This document shows positions 22,828 to 33,093 of a stretch of 64,000 nt of DNA, piece after piece. The stretch is from assembly GCA_000182565.2 (NCBI GenBank), contig KQ257460.1, one strand, 5' to 3'. The notes under the pieces are model-generated. The model had not been told where the DNA came from, made no database searches, and saw only the letters and a program-made list of their open reading frames with translations. Position 1 is the stretch's first letter. Each line of letters begins with the position of its first letter. Both the position numbers and the translations under genes were made by a program. Source of the stretch: Spizellomyces punctatus DAOM BR117. Its lineage: Eukaryota.

Positions 22828-22873
22828 TCTGCCCATTTCCCAGGCTTTCATCCATTTTTCTATTCCAATCATC

Positions 22874-24760
22874 ATGCCACCAAAGAAGAAGCAAAAATTC
22901 GACAATCGACCTACCTGTCTGCATTCATGCAACAAGACTTCCTTTGCAAAGGCTTTCTTACCTAATGGGACCTACCGGCAGCGTCTTCTAGATTACATCG
23001 CCATCATCCATCAACTCGCCGACCATGCTTCCCACGCGCTGAAATTCTATCTCCTTTCAGCACCAACCTTTCCCACGGTAAATGAAGATACAATCGAAGC
23101 GATTCTCTATCTTCTCAACAAGGGGGAGGCTTGGCATCCAAGAAAGGAAGCAAAGAAGGCATGGCGGGATTGTTTGCTGCCATATGTTCAACGGTACTGC
23201 CAAATCATCGGCTTTGTTCACCCAAATCTACGAGGCGAGCAGCAATCAGTCAATTACCTGACAGCGAGTATGATGACGAACCTGAAAGTCAACGTTCAAG
23301 AGCATTTCATGCAGATGCTCCTTCGGTATATCAATCTGCGGCTTGACATGAAGGGACAGAAGCAGCAACTGCCACCTAAAAGCAATGTGCGAAAGGATTT
23401 CTTTGCTCGTCTTCGCTACTTGAAGTCAATTTTCCTTTTTGATATTGTGCCCGAGTCACTCGATGACTTGACCGCTGAAGAGAGTGAGCTTCTAGAAGAG
23501 ATGTGGTCCTTCATTCCCCTTTCTGACAACCAGCCGCTCGCATATTCGGTTGCTGTAGACCCTCTTGCCTTCTTTCCTGCATACTGCAAACTCTCTGGGC
23601 TGTATGAACGACATGGATTTCGACAGTTCAGTGCAATCCCTCTTCATCGGTCTCTCATCCAAAGCCATGTGCAAATCGACACCATCGTTCTCTACCAGCA
23701 TATCCTTTGCATCACACGAAGAGAAGCGGAAACTGTCGAAAAGGTCAATTTATGGTTGCGCGTCTGTAATCTACGTACCAAAGCTTTTCGGTCTCGCCGC
23801 GGTATGCAGTTTGAAGGCTTGATCATGACGGATGGGACCTCGGTGTCTGTATACCTAAAGCACCCAGGAGCAGACAAGTATGGAAAGCGTGGAGCGAGAA
23901 AGTCAGCAAAGAGTTTAGAGGACGAAGTTAAAGCGCAATACATGGAGAAAAACTTACCTGCTTGTCGAGCAGCAGAGAATGTCATCGTTATCGACCCAAA
24001 CAAGCACGATATTCTCTACTGCCAAGACAACAGTGGTATGACATTTCGCTACACCACCAACCAGCGAGCCGTGGAGACTGGAAGCCGTCGACAGCAAAGG
24101 CAATGGCAGCAGATGAAGAAAGAAGCTGGAGTTGACCTCATAGAATCACGAATACCAAGCCAGAAGATGATGAATCTCATAGACTTCATGCGTTACCTTC
24201 TTGTTCGCCGCGCTGATTGGGATCGTCGAAAGGAGTTCTACTCCCACCCTGCTCATACTAGATGGAAATGGCACGCATTCATAAACCGTCAGAAGAGCGA
24301 ATCAGACCTCATATCCAACATGCGCAACAAGTACGGCGAAAACTTCACCATTGTGATGGGTGATTGGAGCGACGCCAGTCGAACTGCGAGATTTCAGACC
24401 TCATCAAAGACGAAAGGTTGGCGCACCCTCTTTAAGCGGAACAGGATCAACTGCTTCCTTCTCGATGAGTACAAGACCTAATCTGTCTGCCCTCGCTGTT
24501 TGGCCTCATCTGATGACTTCCTTGAAAAGGACTTCAAAACACGACCTCATTCAAGACCTTGGCGCCGTCGCGAAGGCAAGATTGAAAAAGTCCACGGATT
24601 GCTGGGTTGTACCAACCCTAACTGTCAGCAAGCCTGGACGATGCGCTACTGGAACAGGGACACGCTGAGCACCTGCAACATGCTGATGATCGTGCAATCA
24701 ATGTTAGATGGACACGGTAGACCAGAGGTGTTCAACAGGAGTGTTCCAGGTGTAGTGTAG
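22874..24760 (+). pseudogene. Fanzor1 RNA-guided endonuclease (SpuFz1-like) with one premature stop
   Basis: MPPKKKQK NLS, RuvC-I VIDPN, VMGDWS, RuvC-II LLDEYKT, then TAA at 24479-24481. The same frame continues with SVCPRC...GCTNPNC zinc finger and RuvC-III WNRD to TAG at 24760. Closely matches the published Spizellomyces punctatus Fz1 as recalled. Confidence 0.92.
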
Positions 24761-24773
24761 ATTGGTTAGATTA

Positions 24774-24865
24774 GGTTTTCCGAGCCGGTTGTCGCGCGGT
24801 TCAATCCCTGGTGCGGGTGCTAGTGCCAATACCCATCGGCTCCGCACTAAGACGGGTTGGCGGAG
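24774..24865 (+). ncRNA. Fanzor omegaRNA (scaffold to ~24849, flank-derived guide after it)
   Basis: GGTTTTCCGAGCCGGTTGTCGCGCGGTTCAATCCCTGGTGCGGGTGCTAGTGCCAATACCCATCGGCTCCGCACTA. GAGCCGGT pairs with ATCGGCTC and there is an inner GGGTG..TACCC stem. It overlaps the right TIR. Confidence 0.85.
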
Positions 24866-25074
24866 AGAGCTGAACCATCTATTTTGTGTATTGATTGTGT
24901 ATAGCATAGCTAGTTTTCTGCCTTTTCTCTCATAATAACATGAGATGTTTTTTTGCATGATCAAACCAAAAGTAGTAGCTGTGAGCTTCTCCCTCTGTTC
25001 TTTGCACACGCTGGAAATGCTGCCAATGCTGTCGTCTCCTTTCCATCACGCCGACATGCGGTGCATAACGTCTC

Positions 25075-25176
25075 GAATTTGGCATGACGCAGGTCTAACC
25101 CCCCAGCAATGAACAAAATCCTCCAGAATTTGGAATGACGCAGGTCCAACCCCTCAGCAATGAACAAAATCCTCCA
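25075..25176 (+). repeat. 51-bp tandem duplication (2 copies)
   Basis: gaatttggcatgacgcaggtctaaccccccagcaatgaacaaaatcctcca is repeated at 25126 with 3 mismatches. Confidence 0.9.
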
Positions 25177-25771
25177 ATACAAAGAAACAATTACCATTTG
25201 CCATTGGAGTCAACGCGGGAGCGGGTCCACAGCACACACATTAATAATTACGTTCGTCGTAAGATCGGAACCTTCGAATCTGAAACGAACAAGACGATAA
25301 ACAGCTTGTCATAACTTGCCGTCCTACCGGCAACCGGTAAACGCTTCTAGGCCAGTTGCAACTTGCCACGTTCAAACGCTTTTCAATTTGGTAAATTGTT
25401 TGAAGACCCAAATATACTCAAGTTATTCCGCATCCGCCTGTTGCAATGGATTTGCTAAGCCCTCCGACAATTGGAGGGGGAAGATCGCTGGACATTTCAT
25501 GCGCCTTTTTATTTTTATTTCCGGGCTTCCGAAGGTTTGTTCAAGACAAAACACATACTTTGACAAATAGATTTGCAACAAGAATACAAGAGTTCTAGCG
25601 GCGGAAAAACTATCGTTCTCGTTTTTGTTCCATGCAAAGGTTCTTGTATTGGTTATAAAAGCAAAGGATTGAAGTGCTCCCCCCTAGTATGATAAAACCA
25701 TCAAAACAATACATTGCATTCAAACAAATAAAATACGGGATACTTGACGAAGATCACATAAACCATAAAGT

Positions 25772-27804
25772 ATGCCGCCAAATTCCAAAATCTCTGATGA
25801 GCACCTCTCCATCAATGTCACCGACACGGACATCCCTACACCAAACCGGGGCGGCTCCCTATCCTGGAATAATGTCACTTACTCGATTGATCTGAAGACA
25901 AAGGACGATAACGGTAAACCAAAATCGCGGACGCTGCTGTCTGATGTGTCGGGTGAGGCCAAGAGAGGGGAGTTGGTTGCGATCATGGGAAGTAGTGGAG
26001 CTGGCAAAACGACGCTTTTAAACTGGTAAGTGATGACTTTTTTTTTTCTGACCGATGGATTTTTTTGAACTGACATTGTTGGTCCTACAGCCTCTCTGGT
26101 CGCTTGGGTACAGGTCACCTAAGTGGAAGCGTCACGCTCGATGGGCGTCCACGGAACCGGAAAACCTGGAAAAAACTCGTAGCCTTTGTTGAACAAGACG
26201 ACCAAATGTATAGCAACATCACCGTCCGCGAAACCATCAATTACGCTGCCCGCCTCCGTCTGTCATCCTCCCGATACGCTAAAGCTGAAAAAGCTTCTCT
26301 CACAGACGATGTTATCAAATCCCTTCGCTTATCCAAAGCCAAGGACACCTATATTGGTGATGGATTGACACGTGGTGTGAGTGGAGGTGAACGGAAGCGA
26401 ACAGCCATTGCCCAAGAGTTGGTGGGAAACCCCGAGATTCTGTTCCTGGATGAGCCGACGAGTGGACTAGATTCCAATTCGGCGTACGCCGTCCTTGAAA
26501 ATGTCAAAGCCGAAGCGATCCGAACTGGACGTATCGTCATCTTGACTATCCACCAACCCTCCAATGAAATTCTCTCGCTGTTGTCAAAGGTGGTGCTGTT
26601 GGCCGGTGGGTCGACAGTATTTTTCGGCCCAGTCGAAGATGCTTTGACGCATTTTGCGTCGCTGGGGTATACCTGCCCTGCACGGAAGAATCCTGCCGAC
26701 TTTTTCCTCGACTTGCTGACGATCGATGAGGAAACTCACGAAGAGGACACAGCGCGGGTCAAGAAGCTACAAGAAGCCTATCGACAGCTGGACCAGTCGA
26801 ACGTCCCCGTCACACACCCCTCTGAGCCAAAAATCTCTATGACCGTCTCTTTGGACGCCCTACCAGGAGATTCACCAGAACCAGCAGCGGGCTGGTCCAA
26901 CAACTGGTTTACAGAATTCCTTATCCTATTCGAACGCGCCTGGTTGGATGTGTTGAGATCCAAACCTGTAGTGATCGCCTCCTTTGTTCGAACGGCTGTC
27001 CTCGTTATTCTCATTGGGTTCGCGTTTTGGCAACTGGATAAGGACCAACGTGGGATTCAAAACAGGGCTGGAATTCTGTTCCTTTGGCCCATTAACCAAG
27101 TTTTTGTCACCATCCAACCTATTGTCGCAACTTTCCCCCTCGAACGTGTCATCATGCTCCGAGAACGGTCCGCGGGATCATACCGAGTATCCTCATTCTA
27201 CATTTCCAAAGTACTCTCCCAAGCGATTCCCGCCGTATTTTACTCCATGTTGGCATGTGTACCACTTTACTGGATGATAGGCCTTCAACATTCAGCATGG
27301 AAGTTCTTTGCCTGGCTGCTTATCAATGCCTTAGAGACAACAGCAGCAGTTGCGTTGGGTTTCATGGTCTCGAGCGGTGTTGAAACAGTACAGATGGCGA
27401 TGGCGGTTGCTCCGATGATCGCGGTTGTGTTTTTGCTATTTGGTGGAAACATTATCAATAATGGGAGTTTGGGCTGGTGGTTCAAGTGGTTGCACTACGT
27501 ATCACCCATTGGATGTGAGTATCTTCGTGGCTCTCTTATATGGCTTTACTCTTTTCTCACACCTTTTTCAAAATTAGACGCATACCGATCTTTTATGCAG
27601 CTCGAATTCCGAGGTCTCAGCCTTTCCTGCCAACCTGACGAACCTTGCACACCCACCGGTGAACTTGTCCTGCAACAACAAGATCTGAACGGGCTCTCTG
27701 TATGGGCATGTGCAGGAATCTTGGTGGCGTTGAGTACATGGTGGTTCTTGACAGGCTATGTGTTGTTAAGGAAAACGTCCAAGCCGAAAATGAAAGTCTT
27801 GTGA
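25772..27804 (+). CDS. ABCG (White-family) half transporter
   Basis: Walker A GSSGAGKTT, VSGGERKRT signature, LFLDEPTSGLD, TIHQP, NPADF and a C-terminal TMD. Introns at 26026-26090 and 27515-27577. Confidence 0.95.
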
Positions 27805-28059
27805 AATGGAAGGGCGGGGTGCTGAATGGACATTAGATATGACATTTGAATACTAGTAATTTCGTATGGTTTTTTGGTGTATAAGCTAGAAAAAATAGTG
27901 ATAAATATACAGTGAAATTGGGTCAATTTAAGTTTGCACAAGATCGTCTATGGGTCAAAACATTGCCATTAAAAGTTTAGAATTTTATAACCCTTCCCTC
28001 CCCCACCACCGAAAAACCAATAATGAAAAAAAGCATAAATACGTTTTCGCACCTTCTCT

Positions 28060-31000
28060 CTATCCAAGCCCAACAGCCAACGCCTCTTGCACCTTGCGAC
28101 TGCTCTTTAACAAACTCAAGCTGTCCACTCCAGATGCATGTCCCTCCTTCTTTACCCTTCTTTCCAGCACGTCCTCTCGGTCCTTTTTTCTGGCTTTCGG
28201 CTCACCGGTATGAACCCTCTGCAAATGCCCACCGACCCCTCTCAAAATCTCTCTCAAGATTCTAATTTGGTCTCCCTTGGTATCCATGCTTTGTATGCAC
28301 TGCCGGAGCCGGTCACCCAATGCTCGGAGTGTCGGTGGTGGGGTGGGGTTGGTCGTCGTCTGGGCGGCGGCACTGTCGTATTTTTGAACAAGCGTGTGAT
28401 AATGTCTAGAGGAAAGATACGTCAGGCCAACCACAAAATAAAGAAAGCGACATCGTAAAAGGGTGCACACCTTTTCAACGCTTCAAATTCTTCCTCCAAT
28501 CCCTTCAACACCTTTTTCAAAATTTCAACTCCACCATCAGTGCTCAGCATCTCGTCATGAAAAGAAGCGTGATCGTCCCATGGTTCACCAAGAGTTTGTG
28601 TAGATTTTCCTGTGGTGTGTGGTTGATCGGTTGGTTTTACGGTACGGTGAACAGTGATTTCATCCTTGTCCTTTTGAGGCTTATCCCGTCGACTGCAGAC
28701 GGAGCATAATGCCGGGTTATGAGCTTTGAGTAGGGAGAAGACTCTTTGAATGTTGGCTGTTACAGAATACGATTTCGACGTGCTCTGCGAGTCAGCCAAG
28801 GAGACATGTCAATGAGGCCATCTGACCGGGTAACCCAAGCTCAGTAGCATACCGTTCCAATAATAAAGGGCATTTGCCTGCCTCCGACAACTCCCTTGAC
28901 GACCCCCCGCTCATCTTTCGATCCATGTGTGCAAAATAAAGTTCCATTTCGCGGGGGAGACTTGATGACGACTCGAGGTTTGATTCCTGATGTGGGCACG
29001 AGCTTTTGCCGAGGTCGGCCAATCTCAATTTTCTTCCAGACGGGATTGACTCCGTCCCTCGTGTGCTGAGTCGTAACCTATGTAAACTCGATACAATAAG
29101 CAACCCATCTCTCTCGGCAAGTAAAACCTCGGATTCATACCTTTCTCTCCCCCTTTCTAACCTCAACCTTCCCATTCCTCCCCAAGCGCACCTGCCCAAC
29201 AACCAGCTTCCTCAGCCTGTCACGATCCTCTCGAGAGACCCGACCTCCATCGTGATTCAATCTTTCAACACGTTCTCGTTCGATTTCCTTTTGGAGCGCG
29301 TCGATTTCTTCCGGGTGGAGGAAGCTGTCTTCAGTGAGGGAAGGGGCATCCGAACGGATTGAGCGGCTGAATAAGTCGGTTGACGGAGGTCGAGTTGGGG
29401 AGGGTTTACGCGGAGAGACTGATTTGGGTCGGGTAGGAGAAGGGTTACGTTTGGAGGGAGATGCGCGGGTTGAGGACCGTTGAGGCGAGCGTTTGTCCTG
29501 ATGGGAGCGTTGGGGAAGTGGATTGGAACGTTGAGGCGACGCTTGCTGTCTTCCAGTTAATTTTGTATCATGGGTCGCGGTCCTAACCTCCTCTTTCACA
29601 CCATCATTCAATACCCGGGCTTGATCGACCTTTGCCTGCTTCCCATCACCATCCTGAGTTGATTCCATAGCTCTCTTCAATTCTTTCACTTCCCTCCTAG
29701 CAGCCTCCAACTGCTCAACCACCCTATTTCTTTCCAGCTCGACTTCCAAAGCAGTCTCCTTGGACCGCTCTAGCTGCCTCTGCAAAATCTCTGACCGCAT
29801 TTTAAGCGAATGAAGCTGGTTCTCAATTTTAAGCTGGTCCAACAGGTCCTTGTCAGGAATCTGACTATGGAGGTCGCTTCCAATGTCAATTTTCTTGGTT
29901 TCCACATGTTTAGCTGAATGACTCTCTTTCAATCGCCCCTGCTCGAACAGGACAAGGCCCCTAGTCCTAGTCAACTCGTCCTCCAATTTTGCAATCTTTT
30001 CCTTCGCGGCGACCTTTTCGCCTTCCAGCTTCCCAACACGCTCTTGTAACGTTCGTAATGCATTTACCACGGCGCGAGTATTGCTATCCTCCGGGACGTT
30101 GACAAGCGGTAAATGACGATGGATGCCATCAAAGGGATCACTGTAGCTGGGGACCGTGCGAAATGTCGGAGTGACATCGTCTAGGATATCTGCCATGGAC
30201 ATGCGCAAGCCAGAAGGGAGCTCAACAGGTGGGGAAGCAGGCCCTGTCCCTCCAGGCAAGAGATCCAGCGAAGAGGGCGATCGCGGCGTGTCTTCACCAA
30301 GCACATCACGATGCACTGCTCGATGCTCAGCTTCAACAGGAGCAGAGCCCTGAAAAGGATCATTCTCGTCTGATCTGGACTCTGCACGTATGTGCTCCGG
30401 AAAAGAAGGCTCTGCAAAGGAAATCGATACCCCGGGTTTGATTGGAATATTATCGCTCAGGCGGGAAAAAGATCTCGGTGGCTCGCGGGTTGGAGATTGG
30501 GAGAGCCGGTACTGCTGGATACTTGGGGACGAGCTCTGCGGTGAGAACCGCGGTAGCGGACTACGCGATACGCCTCTTCGAGACTCGTTATTTATGTTCG
30601 AATCTGGCGCCTGCATAAATTCCTCCTTCACGACAACGTGGGACCTCGCAGTGCTTTTCGGCGACTCTCCAACCGTCCGCAAATCTGGAGACGGCGTACG
30701 GATTCTCATAGTACCCATTTCCATCTCTAAGCCTTTCACGCCCTCGTCATCAAATGGCGATCCCCCTCGCTCAAACTCTAAAACACTCTCCTCATCAATG
30801 GTTTTGACGCCTGCATCATCATACAGAATAGGAGAAGACCCAGCACTCCTTCCCTCAGATCGATAAAAGTCCCGCTCCACATCGCCAATCTCGCGCTCAA
30901 TGAGTTTGCTAAACCTATCGCCCCCATAGCTCGCCTGGCGTTCAACGTCGAAGGATAGACTGAACCCGTTGGAGAAATCATGGCCAGCCGTTCTGTGTGT

Positions 31001-31300
31001 TCCAAACTCTTCGCGGAGCTCGCGTTCCATTTGTTCAATAAGGGCATTAGGGTCGTCTGGGAAGGTGTCGGGGTTGAACGAACTGTGCAACGTGGTTAGG
31101 TCGCGACTCTCCGCTAGTCGATCTGGAAAGTGTGTTATATTGGCTTTTCCAGTATGGAAAGGCGCACGAAAGCACATGCCGGAAACAAACCTACCACTCT
31201 TTTCGTCCTTTCCAAAATTCACTTCTGCAAATACTTCATCCAATTGGAGATCCCTCGAAAGGGAATCCATAAAACTTTGCAAACCCTCGGAGGCCGACAT
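28060..31300 (-). CDS. CEP57/Ppc89-like centrosome/spindle-pole coiled-coil protein, multi-exon
   Basis: RAVVNALRTLQERVGKLEGEK (Cep57 localisation-domain-like), HNPALCSVC, and the C-terminal LRQCIQSMDTKGDQIRIL (Cep57 microtubule-binding-like). Confidence 0.7.
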
Positions 31301-31689
31301 AAAGGATACAAAGTTTACATATACAAATGAAGAGCGCCGGCGCTAACCCAAACCAAGTTCACGCAAGATCGCACGCATCGACACGGAAAGCCGATGCCTT
31401 GGACGCGAATGTTGGTAAGATTCTTCAAGGGACGCAGCGAAGGACGCGTGCCAAACTGTTCCCTAATGTTGCTCCGTAAGACCCATGGTCATGTGATGTA
31501 CAAATCTCAACATGCTCTTCAACAATCAGGAATACTGATATTTTATAATAGGCTTGCGCTCATTCTATGCCAGCGCATACCAATATTCGATAGATAAAAA
31601 TAAGCACAAACGCTACTCAACAATCAAACTACACATCCACAAACACCACTAGCACGCTCTAACAAAACAATTAACAAACCCATACAGAT

Positions 31690-33093
31690 CTACACCTTTC
31701 CACTCCCATTCAGCACCCCACCGTTGCTCCCACTGTTCCCACTGCTCCCGCTGACACCACTGCTCCCGCTCACACCACTAGCGCCGCTTCCACTGCTCCC
31801 ACTACTTCCAGTGCTGTCTCCTGAACCTCTTTGAACAAGGTACGCAGGCGGATCCGCATCTCTGTTAGACAATTGATTAGGCTTTGTGCTCAGATTTGAG
31901 CGCACGTGAATCTCTATGATGCCCTGTTTGGCAAGAGCGCGGGAGAGGGGGGTGGGTTCGCGCTTGCCAGGAAAGTCTTTGGGCTTGTACGCGGTGAAGG
32001 GTTTTGAAAGGTGTGTGGAGAGGAGGGATTTTGTCGCGTGGGTGATTTTGGCGGCGCTGCAATAGAGGTTTTTGTGAAGCTTTGAATCATCAAGGGAATG
32101 CAACATGTTATATTGAGAATGCATACCTTGAGCCCAGATCTGCCAACGAGAACTTTAGAGCATATATACCTGGACACCGTACCGACAAGTCAGGAAAGGC
32201 AAACATGATCCGTTTGTTCCCATCCGTGTCGGTGAACTTGTGCGCCATGCTAACCAATGAGCCAACCAGACAATGTGTGCTGCTATCCCTTCCCATCTGT
32301 GGTGGGCCAGATCCATGATCCGGTCCCGTATATGGCATCATGTGGTTCGTGGTATGCACTGCTGCTTGTGCTGCTTGAATCGCCGCTTCCCGCTCACGAG
32401 CCTGCGACGCGCTCCAATATGGATTCTCTAGCAGGCTTTTGTCTGTCATACCGTCTGCGGTCCAGAGCGACGCGTGGACGATCATAAAAGGTGCTTCGCG
32501 GAGATTGGCGGGGATTTCGTTGCCGTTGGAATCATAGGTGATGAGCTCGAGAATAGGAGGAGGATCGATTGATCGGCGGTCTAGGGTATTGTTTATACAT
32601 TAATATAAATAAATGGCCCACATTCTCGGTCTGTGGAAAATATACCCTTGTTGCCGAAACCACAGCATCGAACGACCTCTGGGTGTTGAAGTATTCGGAG
32701 ACCATGTCGTTGTCTGTCGGAGTGCGATTAACAAATCCATGCGTCAGCAAATTGCCTCCACGGTGCCTCCATCATCGTCATCTGAACCGCGCCATTTGGG
32801 CGGATTCCCACGATGACGTTGCGGACGCCCACATTATAAAAGCAACATTTTTTTGCAGCCTACCTTCGCGAAGATGGTAGCGAGTTTACACCTGTTGTCC
32901 CCGTCATCATTGTGGTCGCCGCTGTTGTGATCAAAACGTCTATTGTGGGTTGCGTCGTTGTTGCTGTTGGCTGCTGGGTTCCCATTGTCGATGGCGATAT
33001 AGTAGTCAAGTGTCCAGCACCGCTACCGTTTAGGGTTGCAGCGTTCCCGGCAACGACGGCTTGCCCCGACGCATGTCCGGCCCGCGACAACAT
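31690..33093 (-). CDS. Velvet-domain regulatory protein, multi-exon
   Basis: LRILQHPEVVRCCGFGNK, PPIDPPPILEL, LVGSLVS..FAFPDLSVRCPGIYALKFSL, SKPFTAYKPKDFPG..TPLSRALAKQG. Confidence 0.9.

Larger units (their letters stand above)
13692..24847 (+). mobile_element. Fanzor-carrying TIR element (Spu-1-like), interrupted by an LTR retrotransposon
   Basis: Left end CATA|agacggggccggtggactttggcactagtac and right end gtgctagtgccaatacccatcggctccgcac|TA are imperfect ~31-bp inverted repeats with TA on both sides. They enclose the Fanzor ORF and omegaRNA. Confidence 0.85.
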
